DNA from: Candidatus Saccharimonadales bacterium
Lineage (GTDB): Bacteria > Patescibacteriota > Saccharimonadia > Saccharimonadales > 2-12-FULL-41-12
Length of the DNA stretch: 64,000 nt
Assembly (NCBI GenBank): GCA_025451045.1
Contig: JANWLD010000003.1
Location: 69,690 to 133,689, forward strand
Direction of reading: 5' to 3'
Part shown: in pieces, positions 46,339 to 55,566 of the stretch
Position numbering within the stretch: the first letter of the stretch is position 1
Layout of the letters: the number at the start of each line of letters is the position of its first letter
Made by a program: the position numbers and the translations under genes
Notes under the pieces: generated by a model
The model's database searches: none
Told to the model about the DNA's origin: nothing
What the model saw: the letters and a program-made list of their open reading frames with translations, nothing else

Positions 46339-47303
46339 ACGATAAAAAAATCGTCGTAATAGGAGGTGGACACGGTGCCAGCATAGTTCTGTCGGCGCTG
46401 GATGGCTCCGGCCTGAAACTATGCGGAGTATTGTCGATGGCTGATGACGGCGGTTCGACTGGCAGGCTTAGGAAAGAACTGGGGGTCTCCGCAGTCGGTG
46501 ACATACGGCAATGCTTGGTTGCTTTGTCTGCTAAACCGGACATCGCTAGGCTGTTCGCCTACCGGTTTGACAGAGGGAACTTAAGCGGACACAGTTTAGG
46601 CAACCTGTTCTTAGCGGCCGGCGAACTGCAAACAGGCAGTATCGAAAAAAGCATTGAAGCGGCCAAGAAACCACTGGGCGTTAGCGTCGATATAGTACCT
46701 TCTACCGAAGATAAATGCGACCTAGTACTTAACCAGGGCGACAAAATGGTAGTAGGCGTCTATGATATTGCCAACACCGATTTTGGAAACGATAAACCGG
46801 ATTTGGCACTAAAGCCTGCCGCCGCACTGTCAGCTTCGGCCAAAGCGGTGATTGAGGCGGCCGACTTAATCATCATCGCACCCGGCAATTTCTATTGTTC
46901 GATTATCCCGGTACTGCTGGTAGAAGGAATGGCCAGGGCGATAAATGATTCGAATGCAAAAGTTATTCAAATATGTAATCTGGTCAACCGGAGCGGGCAA
47001 ACAGCAGGCTTTAGCGCTACTGACTATCCTCAGGAGATTAAGCGATTGGCCGGACCGATAAAGCTGGATACGCTTATTTATAACACTTCAGCTATCCCCT
47101 CTGATTGCTTGAGACAGGGCGAGGAGCCGGTGGCTGCCAGTAATGTAAAAGCAGCAGATTATAAAATACAGGGCAGCGAAATATCCGATAACCAAAAAGT
47201 CCCCGCAAATGAAAATGATAAAATTGCGCCGGTTCGCTCGCTGGTTCGGCATGATAAGGCTAAACTGGCCCAAGCTATCGCAGAAGCCGCAGAGGGGCTA
47301 TAA
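46335..47303 (+). CDS. YvcK / CofD-like family protein (UPF0052, gluconeogenesis-factor type)
   Basis: VVIGGGHGASIVLSAL...MADDGGSTGRLRKELGVSAVGDIRQCLVAL. Confidence 0.85.
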   Translation: MNDKKIVVIGGGHGASIVLSALDGSGLKLCGVLSMADDGGSTGRLRKELGVSAVGDIRQCLVALSAKPDIARLFAYRFDRGNLSGHSLGNLFLAAGELQTGSIEKSIEAAKKPLGVSVDIVPSTEDKCDLVLNQGDKMVVGVYDIANTDFGNDKPDLALKPAAALSASAKAVIEAADLIIIAPGNFYCSIIPVLLVEGMARAINDSNAKVIQICNLVNRSGQTAGFSATDYPQEIKRLAGPIKLDTLIYNTSAIPSDCLRQGEEPVAASNVKAADYKIQGSEISDNQKVPANENDKIAPVRSLVRHDKAKLAQAIAEAAEGL

Positions 47304-47951
47304 ATGACCGAAAACAGCGTTTTATACGTAATTGACTTGGATAGGACGCTGTTGAATGTAGATAAAGTAATGGAGTTGGTCGAAAAGGTCTGTATTCAAA
47401 TCGACATTGATTACGAAAATATTAAAAAAGCTCAGCGTATTGTGGCCGAAGCCGGTAAATCATACAGCCCGATAGAAACCATCGGCGAACATGGGGAAGA
47501 AAAACTAGAACAATTCAGGGAAAAATTTGTCGAAACGGCCAACGCTAAAGAGTTAATTTACCCCGATGGAAAGCGCTACCTTGATAAGCTGGAAAGTGTT
47601 TCAGCACAGTATATTATTCTGACGTATGCCTTAAACGAAGAGTGGCAGAGGCTCAAGTTTGAAGCCGCGGAGCTGGCCCAGATACCGCATATCATCACTT
47701 TTTCTTCCGACAAAGACCGCCAACTGGCCAGCTGGCAAAGTGAGGATGGCGTATTCATGGCCCCTGTAACGGGAATCAAGCCGGCTCAGAAACTAGTATT
47801 TATCGATGACCGTCTAAGGGTTTTCCAAAATCTCCCGAAAAATTGCGAAGGCTACCGGATTAAAAGGTCGGATTCTTTGGATGAAGAAGGGGTTTTGCCG
47901 CATGGCGTGCGCCAAATCGCCAGCTTCGATGAAATAATTGACAAAGTGTAA
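47304..47951 (+). CDS. HAD-superfamily-like hydrolase
   Basis: Motif I LYVIDLDRTLL. The remainder is weak. Confidence 0.5.
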   Translation: MTENSVLYVIDLDRTLLNVDKVMELVEKVCIQIDIDYENIKKAQRIVAEAGKSYSPIETIGEHGEEKLEQFREKFVETANAKELIYPDGKRYLDKLESVSAQYIILTYALNEEWQRLKFEAAELAQIPHIITFSSDKDRQLASWQSEDGVFMAPVTGIKPAQKLVFIDDRLRVFQNLPKNCEGYRIKRSDSLDEEGVLPHGVRQIASFDEIIDKV

Positions 47952-47994
47952 CACCGATTACACTAGTGTAGTGAATCAGCCATAAACGCTAGAT

Positions 47995-48102
47995 GTGGTG
48001 TATTTTTTACCCCTGTGGAAAACTCTGAGGCTTTTCTCTATAAAAACAGTAAAAAACTCTTGTCTGTGGGAGATTGTGGGTAGTAAACTCATGTTAGTGG
48101 GT
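47995..48102 (+). promoter_or_regulatory. dcw promoter region with GTGG(G) direct repeats (putative MraZ operator)
   Basis: GTGGG occurs at 48066-48070, 48076-48080 (10-bp phasing) and 48098-48102. GTGGA is at 48015-48019 and GTGGTG at 47995-48000. The region lies about 100-200 nt upstream of mraZ. Confidence 0.5.
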
Positions 48103-48203
48103 AATCGTAGGTAATCAAAAGCAATTATCAACGAACAGCTCGAACCTTTAAAACAGAGGTTTGAGGCAAAAATAAAAACCACTAGTATCACTAAATAACT
48201 TTT

Positions 48204-48590
48204 ATGGCCACAGTAGACTACTTTGAGAGGAAACTAGATGAGAAACGGCGGTTAACTATACCGCCTGAACTTCGTCATCAGTTTGCGACCGGAGCAGTCG
48301 TGACCCGAGGGTTCGGCAAATACCTGCACCTATACCCGAAAGATGTATGGGATCGCCGGGTAGAACCCAGGCTCGACGGCGATATTCTCGATGAGAAGAT
48401 TGCTGACTTGAACGTCCGGTTTAGGACGGGCAAAGTAGAAGCCGAGCCGGATGGGAAACAGGGGCGGATTACGCTGGAGCAGCATTTGCTGGACTACAGC
48501 GGAATCAACCGGGAAGTAGTAGCCGTAGGGGTTGGGCAGTATTGGCGCCTAATGTCGCCGAAAGAGGCTAATAAAGCCGCCGCCAAGTGA
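48204..48590 (+). CDS. mraZ: Transcriptional regulator MraZ
   Basis: Two SpoVT/AbrB-like halves (KRRLTIPPELRHQF and KQGRITLEQHLLDYSGI) in first position of the dcw block. Confidence 0.85.
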   Translation: MATVDYFERKLDEKRRLTIPPELRHQFATGAVVTRGFGKYLHLYPKDVWDRRVEPRLDGDILDEKIADLNVRFRTGKVEAEPDGKQGRITLEQHLLDYSGINREVVAVGVGQYWRLMSPKEANKAAAK

Positions 48591-48826
48591 TAGTACCTTA
48601 ACAAATAATAGTTCCCCGTATTTTCAAGGGAAATACGAGGTCAGCTATTCGGCAGTCAGTAAGTGGAAATTAAAGGGTAACCACTGTAAAAACCCTCGCT
48701 CTTTCTATTTAAAACACCTCCCAAAACTCCACCTCACACATAAGTCTCTAAGAATCACAGTTTGTAAGAGCATCTATCGATAAACTTTAGAGAGTTTATC
48801 TGCTGTTACATCAAAACTGCGTTTCA

Positions 48827-48917
48827 AATAAAAACAAAAACAACCCAAAAACAAAAAACTGACTGCTGAGTAGGTGACCTTGTAAAACAAAAACAAAAAA
48901 ACAAAAACAAACAAGAA
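48827..48917 (+). repeat. A/C-rich low-complexity tract ((C)AAAAA-type repeats) in the rsmH leader
   Basis: aaataaaaacaaaaacaacccaaaaacaaaaaac ... aaaacaaaaacaaaaaaacaaaaacaaacaag, read directly from the sequence. Confidence 0.8.
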
Positions 48918-48926
48918 GAATCACCT

Positions 48927-49805
48927 ATGAAAAAACAAAAACATGTTCCGGTAATGGCACGCGAAGTACTAGAGTTATTTCAGCCAAAACCGGGCGAGCG
49001 GTATCTGGATCTGACAGCCGGTTATGGCGGGCACGCTTCAGCGGTGCTTGATTATATCGGTAAAGAAGGTTCAATGACGCTTGTCGACAGAGATGAAGAA
49101 GCCATTAGGGCGTTAACAGCTCTGTTTAAAGGAAATAAGCAGGTTGAAATAATCCACCAGGACTTTTTAACCGCTTCAAAGGCTCTGCTACAGCAGGGTA
49201 GCAAGTATGACATGATTTTGGCAGATTTAGGCGTATCGTCACCGCACCTTGACAATCCGGACCGAGGCTTTTCGTTTGCAAGCGAAGGACCGCTTGATAT
49301 GCGTATGGACAGGACGCAGACGCTGAACGCGGCTGAGATAGTCAATACGTATGAAGCGGACCAACTGGCAAAGCTATTTCGTGATTACGGCGAAATAAGA
49401 AATGCGCATAAGTTGGCGCGCAGGCTTGTTGAACACAGACCATATAAAAGCACAAGCGAGTTGGCGAAAAAAATTGTTCAACTTCGCAGGAGTAAGAAGC
49501 GCAGACACCCGGCAACCGAAGTTTTTCAAGCACTGAGGATTGCGGTCAACGATGAGCTCGGACAACTTCAAAAAAGCCTGGACGTATGGATGGAACTATT
49601 GGCGGACCAGGGCAGGATAGGGGTCATATCGTTCCATAGTCTGGAAGACCGGCTGGTAAAGCAGGCCTTCAATGATTATGGCGGTAACCGGTATGACGCC
49701 AGACTGCACATTGTGACCAAAAAAGCGGTTACGGCAGCCGAAAAAGAAGTTGTTTTTAATCCACGTGCCCGAAGCGCTAAACTTCGGGTAGCGCAGCGAA
49801 AATAA
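48927..49805 (+). CDS. rsmH: 16S rRNA (cytosine1402-N4)-methyltransferase
   Basis: HVPVMAREVLELF, DLTAGYGGHA, ADLGVSSPHLDNPDRGFSF, and FHSLEDRLVK. Confidence 0.93.
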   Translation: MKKQKHVPVMAREVLELFQPKPGERYLDLTAGYGGHASAVLDYIGKEGSMTLVDRDEEAIRALTALFKGNKQVEIIHQDFLTASKALLQQGSKYDMILADLGVSSPHLDNPDRGFSFASEGPLDMRMDRTQTLNAAEIVNTYEADQLAKLFRDYGEIRNAHKLARRLVEHRPYKSTSELAKKIVQLRRSKKRRHPATEVFQALRIAVNDELGQLQKSLDVWMELLADQGRIGVISFHSLEDRLVKQAFNDYGGNRYDARLHIVTKKAVTAAEKEVVFNPRARSAKLRVAQRK

Positions 49806-49957
49806 AAACATAGAAAGGGAGACACGATGCCTATACAGGTAAAAAGTACCTCCCGAGCCTACAAAGTACACGTTCGCGTGTTATAGAGGTAGGCGAAGCC
49901 CTGCGGCGGGCCTTGGCCCGCCGGGCAGGGAAAAACAAAAATAAAAAAAGGACAAAC

Positions 49958-50302
49958 ATGACCTATTCAAGTTCAATAAGTATCGGACGCAGACGTTTTG
50001 CCACCCGGCATCAGAACGCGGTTTCGATGGCCGAACAGGCTCGTACTATCGGTCCGGTTAGCAACAGTATCGTACTAGTGATACTCACTTGTCTGCTGGG
50101 ACTACTTTATTTAACGCAAGTCACCAAAACTAACTCCAGCGGTTATAAAATTGACCAGCTGAAAAAAGAGTACTCTCAACTACAGCGCGACCATGACGAG
50201 TTGGAACTGACAGCCGCCCGCCTGCAATCGATGGACAGGGTGGCTAAAAGCAACGCGGCCAAAGAGCTGGCTTCGGTAGCACCAACTGCAACCGTACGCT
50301 AA
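49958..50302 (+). CDS. ftsL: FtsL-like cell-division protein
   Basis: Single TM segment (IVLVILTCLLGLLYLTQV) followed by a coiled coil, positioned between rsmH and ftsI. I trimmed it to ATG 49958 because the track start TTG 49913 lies in the loop of a GC-rich hairpin. Confidence 0.6.
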   Translation: MTYSSSISIGRRRFATRHQNAVSMAEQARTIGPVSNSIVLVILTCLLGLLYLTQVTKTNSSGYKIDQLKKEYSQLQRDHDELELTAARLQSMDRVAKSNAAKELASVAPTATVR

Positions 50303-50316
50303 ACGAGGATAAAAAA

Positions 50317-52056
50317 TTGCCGCCACCTAGAAATAATCAGGCTAAAGTTTCAATCAGCAATCTGAGATTTGATATGTTCTACGGATTGCTTATTTTAATT
50401 TTCGCGGTGTTTATCGTGCGGCTATTTTATGTTCAAGTCATCAAACATGAGGACTATAAACAAGCGGCGCTTAGCGGCCAGTTGAAGCAATATAGTATTC
50501 CGGCGGAACGCGGCATAATCGAGGCTTATTCGGGTAATAGCGTCGTACCGATTGTTTTGAACGAGGAAGTCTATACGCTTTTTGCTGATCCGGTGTACGT
50601 GGCGGACAAAAAAGCTGTCGCGGAACAACTGTCTAAGATAACAGGAGACAAAGCTAAAGATTATCTGGCTAAAATGAGCAAGGATACACGCTACGCGGTG
50701 CTAGCCAAGAAATTAGACAATAAGAAGAAAACCGCGATTGAGAAACTAAAATTCAAGGGCGTGGGACTGAGAACCGAATCCATCCGGGCCTACCCGCAAG
50801 GCGATCTCGCGGCCCAATTGCTGGGCTTTGTCAATGACGGCGGGCAGGGTACTTATGGCATCGAACAGTTTATGGATAGCCAGCTGGCCGGAACTCCGGG
50901 TGAGTTAAAGGCGATTACCGACATTAGGGGCGTACCGCTGGTTGCCAGTAAAGACAATGTCCTTAAAGACCCTGTTAACGGCCAAAAAATCCGCCTGACA
51001 ATTGAAATCGGCATGCAGAAAAAAGTTGAAGAATTGCTTAAAGAACACCTGCCAACCGTCAATTCCAAGTCCGGCAGCGCGATAGTGCTGGATCCGAATA
51101 ACGGGGCGATAAAGGCGATTGCTAATTATCCCAGCTATAATCCAAGCCGGTATTTCGACGTTAAAGACGCGGCGTTATTTACCAATCCGGCGGTCAGCTC
51201 GCCGCTGGAAGTCGGTTCGATAATGAAGACCTTGACGGTAGCTACCGGTCTGAACAGCGGAGCTATCAAAGTGAACCAAACATTCTATGACCCGGCCCAA
51301 TTCACGGTGGACGGCTATACAATCCATGACGTAGCCGAAGACGGCGGCGCCCAAACCCGTTCAATATCGGATATATTAAAATTTTCGCTTAATAGCGGCG
51401 CGACCTGGATAATGATGCAACTAGGCGGCGGCCAGATTAACGAAAAGGCTCGAAAGCTGGATTATGATTATTTGACTAACCATTATTTCTTCGGCCAAAA
51501 AACTGGAGTGGAACAAGGCTATGAAGCGCCCGGAGTAGTACCTGACCCAAGCGAGGGCTTCGGCCTTAATATAAAATACGCCAATATGGCTTTTGGCCAG
51601 GGCCTGACAGTAACGCCTTTACAGATGGCGGCGGCGTTCGCGGCGACCATAAACGGCGGCACTTACTATCAGCCGCATTTGGTGGATGACGGAAAGGGCG
51701 CGGCTTCAAAAATAAAAAAACAAAACATAATTAGCCCTAAAATCTCGGCCCAACTTCGGTCTTTGCACGAGAATAGCGTGAATACACATTACACCAGCTT
51801 GATACATCCCGGCTATAAAATCGGCGGCAAGACTGGTACGGCACAGATTGCCGGATCCAATGGCAAGTACCGCACGGACGTTTTTAACGGTACTTTTATC
51901 GGTTACATCGGCGGCGACAAACCGGCATACGTTATTATGATAAGAATCAACGAACCGCACGTCAGCTATTTTGCCGGGGCGGCCGCAGCGGCGCCTTTGT
52001 TCAAAAAAATATCAGACATGTTAATAGATAACTTCTCGATTCCAAGAGCCGATTAA
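50317..52056 (+). CDS. ftsI: Penicillin-binding protein (class B transpeptidase, FtsI/PBP2-like)
   Basis: N-terminal TM segment plus SxxK (GSIMK), SxN (SLNSG) and KTG (GKTGTA). Confidence 0.9.
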   Translation: MPPPRNNQAKVSISNLRFDMFYGLLILIFAVFIVRLFYVQVIKHEDYKQAALSGQLKQYSIPAERGIIEAYSGNSVVPIVLNEEVYTLFADPVYVADKKAVAEQLSKITGDKAKDYLAKMSKDTRYAVLAKKLDNKKKTAIEKLKFKGVGLRTESIRAYPQGDLAAQLLGFVNDGGQGTYGIEQFMDSQLAGTPGELKAITDIRGVPLVASKDNVLKDPVNGQKIRLTIEIGMQKKVEELLKEHLPTVNSKSGSAIVLDPNNGAIKAIANYPSYNPSRYFDVKDAALFTNPAVSSPLEVGSIMKTLTVATGLNSGAIKVNQTFYDPAQFTVDGYTIHDVAEDGGAQTRSISDILKFSLNSGATWIMMQLGGGQINEKARKLDYDYLTNHYFFGQKTGVEQGYEAPGVVPDPSEGFGLNIKYANMAFGQGLTVTPLQMAAAFAATINGGTYYQPHLVDDGKGAASKIKKQNIISPKISAQLRSLHENSVNTHYTSLIHPGYKIGGKTGTAQIAGSNGKYRTDVFNGTFIGYIGGDKPAYVIMIRINEPHVSYFAGAAAAAPLFKKISDMLIDNFSIPRAD

Positions 52057-52126
52057 TCTATAATAAGAAAGTATTAATGCCAGATATGAAAACCAGAAAC
52101 AAAAATTTAAATAACAGGATCAACCA

Positions 52127-53173
52127 ATGAATGAAACTTTGCTGATATCACTGGACGGCAACCGGTTGCTGGAGATACTATTCATGGCTTTTGCCGGTTT
52201 CGCGCTAAGTATGATTCTAACCCCTGTTTATACCAACTTCGCTTATAAAAAGAAATGGTGGAAAAAACTAAGAAGCGATGCGACCACCGGGGAAAAAGCC
52301 AAGATTTTTACCAGTCTTCATGCTTCGAAGCATGCCCGTAATATACCGACAATGGCCGGCTTGATATTTTTGGTTTCGGTTACGGCCGTGACAATAGCGT
52401 TGAACCTATCACGCAGCCAGACCTGGTTGCCGCTGGCGGCTTTTTTGGGCGCAGGAATGGTTGGCCTGATTGACGACGTGGTTAATCTACGCGGCTCGGG
52501 TAATGGTACCGGCGGTTTGCCGGCCCGTCTCAAACTTGGGCTGATAACTTGCGTAGCGTTTATCGGCGGTATGTATTTCTATTACAAGCTGGATTATGCC
52601 AGCTTGCAGTTGCCGGGTATCGGTGACGTCAGTATCGGTGCTTTAATTGTCCCGCTGTTCGTGCTGGTGGTGGTTGCTACCGCCAACGCTGTAAATATCA
52701 GCGACGGTTTAGACGGTTTGGCCGGCGGCCTGACATCCTCAGCCTTTGGCGTTTATGCCATCATCGCCTTTATGCAGGGCCGTTTCGGTATCGCCGGTTT
52801 CTGCCTGACGATTGTCGGCGCATTACTCAGTTACACTTGGTTTAATATCTATCCGGCGCGTTTTTTCATGGGCGATGTCGGCTCGTTTGCGCTGGGTACG
52901 GCGCTGGGAGTGGTGGCAATGATTACCAATACGGTATTGCTACTACCGATTATTGGCGCCGTTTTTGTGGTAGAAGCCGGTTCTTCACTGATTCAGATAA
53001 TGTCTAAAAAACTGCGCGGTGGCAAAAAAATCTTCAAGATCGCGCCAATACATCATCATTTCGAAGCCTCCGGCTGGCCGGAAACCAAAGTAACAATGCG
53101 GTTTTGGATACTTGGCCAGATATCGGCTTTTGTCGGGCTGATGATATTTATAATCGGAAATTACCATGTTTAA
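52127..53173 (+). CDS. mraY: Phospho-N-acetylmuramoyl-pentapeptide transferase
   Basis: About 10 TM segments, NAVNISDGLDGLAGG, MGDVGSFALG, and APIHHHFE. Confidence 0.93.
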   Translation: MNETLLISLDGNRLLEILFMAFAGFALSMILTPVYTNFAYKKKWWKKLRSDATTGEKAKIFTSLHASKHARNIPTMAGLIFLVSVTAVTIALNLSRSQTWLPLAAFLGAGMVGLIDDVVNLRGSGNGTGGLPARLKLGLITCVAFIGGMYFYYKLDYASLQLPGIGDVSIGALIVPLFVLVVVATANAVNISDGLDGLAGGLTSSAFGVYAIIAFMQGRFGIAGFCLTIVGALLSYTWFNIYPARFFMGDVGSFALGTALGVVAMITNTVLLLPIIGAVFVVEAGSSLIQIMSKKLRGGKKIFKIAPIHHHFEASGWPETKVTMRFWILGQISAFVGLMIFIIGNYHV

Positions 53174-54455
53174 AAAAAGGCCCAGTCGCCGTAACTTTCC
53201 AACCAAGAGTCGTCGTCAGGGCAATATTTCAAGCGACGATTCGGCCGCTTTTCGCCGGCATAGGCCGGATTATTGGCTGTTGATTATCACGTTCTTCTTG
53301 ATGCTGATGGGTATTGTGGTGGTTTATTCAATCAGCCCCGGCCTAGCCGCGGCGCAAGGTATCAGCGAACATTATTATGTAACTAAACAGCTTATAGCGT
53401 TAGCTTTGGGGCTGGCCGGTTTTGTCTTTTTTAGCAACCTGCCCATCGCGGCAGTGAAGCGGATGACCAAATCGCTCATCTGGCTGTCAGTGCTGATGAT
53501 AGGCGCGGTGCAGATATTCGGGCAAGAGGCTAACGGTGCCTACCGTTGGGTACAGGTAGGCGGCTTTTCCTTTCAGGTAGCTGAACTGGTTAAGTTCGCG
53601 CTTGTTATCTGGCTGGCCGGTTTTTTGGTTGAACGTTTAAACCGGGGAGAGATGGAATCTACCAAAAAGACCCTGTATCCGCTGATAATAGCAGTCATGC
53701 TAATCGGCATTTTAATAGCGGGACTGGAGAGTGATTTGGGCTCAGCCGGGGTTATGATAGCAATAATCGCGGTAATGGGCTTTTCAGCCGGTTTGCCCCT
53801 GAAAAAAATCGGTATTATCGTCGGAATTATTACGCTTTTGGCGACTCTGGCGATTATGAGCACGCCTTATCGACGGGATAGACTGACTACTTTTTTGAAT
53901 CCAACCGCTGATTGCCAAGCCGAGGGTTATCAGTCTTGTCAGGCACTGATAGCGGTCGGTAGCGGCGGTGTCTTCGGGTTGGGACTGGCTAATGGCGTAC
54001 AGGAATACGGCTATCTTCCGGAAGCGGCCAACGATTCGATTTTCGCGATTTTAGGCGAGAAATTCGGTTTTGTCGGCACGACTATAGTCATTGGACTATA
54101 CGGTGTGCTGTTTGCCCGGATGCGGCGGATAATCCAGCGGACACCGGATTTGTTTTCGCGGCTGGCAGTTATCGGTATAGTGGCGTGGCTGAGCGTGCAA
54201 GCAGTTATCAATATCGGCGCTATGATAGGCGTTTTGCCGCTCAAAGGCATAACTTTGCCACTGGTCAGCTATGGCGGCACCAGCTTAGTATTCATTTTGG
54301 CGGCTATCGGCCTGGTTTTTCAGATTTCACGCTACACCAGTTATTCAACTCTTAGAAACGTTTCTTTAAAAGACAAGGAAGGGGGCACAAGTGAAAGTTC
54401 TCCTCGTAGGCGGGGGCAGCGGCGGCCATATTACGCCGCTTCTGGCAATCGCTAG
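53166..54455 (+). CDS. ftsW: SEDS-family peptidoglycan glycosyltransferase FtsW/RodA
   Basis: Polytopic membrane protein with FQVAELVKFALVIWLA, NDSIFAILGEKFGF and LPLKGITLPLVSYGGTS. Confidence 0.9.
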   Translation: MFKKRPSRRNFPTKSRRQGNISSDDSAAFRRHRPDYWLLIITFFLMLMGIVVVYSISPGLAAAQGISEHYYVTKQLIALALGLAGFVFFSNLPIAAVKRMTKSLIWLSVLMIGAVQIFGQEANGAYRWVQVGGFSFQVAELVKFALVIWLAGFLVERLNRGEMESTKKTLYPLIIAVMLIGILIAGLESDLGSAGVMIAIIAVMGFSAGLPLKKIGIIVGIITLLATLAIMSTPYRRDRLTTFLNPTADCQAEGYQSCQALIAVGSGGVFGLGLANGVQEYGYLPEAANDSIFAILGEKFGFVGTTIVIGLYGVLFARMRRIIQRTPDLFSRLAVIGIVAWLSVQAVINIGAMIGVLPLKGITLPLVSYGGTSLVFILAAIGLVFQISRYTSYSTLRNVSLKDKEGGTSESSPRRRGQRRPYYAASGNR

Positions 54456-55566
54456 CGAACTTAAACGCGAGCATCCGGCCTGCAAAATCACCATTATATC
54501 CGAGCGGATGGGTGTGTTTAACCATCTGTTTGACGATGCCGAAGAAGGCGATGTTGACGATGTTTACTATATTAATGCCGGCAAATACCGGCGATATCAC
54601 GGACAAGGACTGTTTGATAAGCTCTTTGATGTTAAAAGGGCGGCTTTGAACTTCCGCGATGTCTTCAAGCTGTTTATCGGTATTATTGAGAGTTTCTGGT
54701 TGCTGGTGCGTATCCGTCCGAACGTAGTTTTTATCAAAGGCGGCTATGTCGGCGTACCGGTTGGACTCGCCTGTCGGTTGCTAAAAATGCCTTACGTGAC
54801 TCACGACTCCGACGCGCTACCGGGCCTGACCAATCGGCTGATTGCCAAAAAAGCCAAAGCCAACGCCGTTGGCATGCCGGTAAAATACTACAACTATCCC
54901 AGAAACAAGATGGTTTATGTCGGTATTCCGGTGACTAAAGATTTTATCAATATATCTGCCGAAATCAGAAGTAAAAAACGACGTGAGCTTGAACTTCAAT
55001 CATCGGATTTCCTGTTACTTATTACCGGCGGAAGCAACGGCGCGCTTAGACTGGATAAACTGGTCCATGACTCGTTGCAGCCACTTTTAGAAAAGTATCC
55101 CAAGCTTAACATTGTCCATCAAGTCGGCAAGGAGAACGAAGAAGTTTACAGCGATTATCCGGCCCATCTGCACTCCAAACTGCGAATAGCCGCTTTTTTA
55201 AAACCTCTTTCTGCTTACATAGCGGCGGCTGATGCAGTAATTGCCCGGGCCGGCGCTACTTCGATAACAGAGGTAGCTTTGCAAGAAAAACCGCTGATTA
55301 TAGTACCGAACCCTTACCTTAGCGGGGGGCACCAGCTGAAAAACGCGCTTGTTTATGAAGAGAAAAAAACGGCTATCGTCATCCATGAACATCAAGCGCA
55401 AAAAGATCCGAAAGTATTGGCCGACGCCTTGGAACGGCTTATGACCAATCCACAGCTGAGCAAATCTTTAGCAGAAAACCTGCACGGCATGGCTCGGACC
55501 GATTCAGCCGAGAAAATAGCCGGGTTACTGATAAATATCGCCCATAAGAAAGGCCTGCGCAGTTGA
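54391..55566 (+). CDS. murG: UDP-GlcNAc:lipid I GlcNAc transferase
   Basis: VLLVGGGSGGHITP, ITGGSNGA, ARAGATSITE, and GGHQLKNA. The GTG start is preceded by GGAAGGGGG. Confidence 0.9.
   Translation: MKVLLVGGGSGGHITPLLAIASELKREHPACKITIISERMGVFNHLFDDAEEGDVDDVYYINAGKYRRYHGQGLFDKLFDVKRAALNFRDVFKLFIGIIESFWLLVRIRPNVVFIKGGYVGVPVGLACRLLKMPYVTHDSDALPGLTNRLIAKKAKANAVGMPVKYYNYPRNKMVYVGIPVTKDFINISAEIRSKKRRELELQSSDFLLLITGGSNGALRLDKLVHDSLQPLLEKYPKLNIVHQVGKENEEVYSDYPAHLHSKLRIAAFLKPLSAYIAAADAVIARAGATSITEVALQEKPLIIVPNPYLSGGHQLKNALVYEEKKTAIVIHEHQAQKDPKVLADALERLMTNPQLSKSLAENLHGMARTDSAEKIAGLLINIAHKKGLRS

Noticed and set aside
47995-48102. Replication origin (cluster of DnaA-box-like TTTTCCACA / CCCACA sequences on the minus strand), together with the box at 56636-56644.
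   Set aside because: Only one perfect box occurs per locus, no dnaA/dnaN is nearby, and there is no clear AT-rich unwinding element next to the boxes. The position directly upstream of mraZ is better explained by an MraZ operator. I keep it only as an alternative in the corresponding finding.
47976-48191. 71-aa minus-strand ORF between the HAD-like gene and mraZ.
   Set aside because: It covers the dcw promoter/operator repeats and has odd composition and no ribosome-binding site. It is most likely noncoding.
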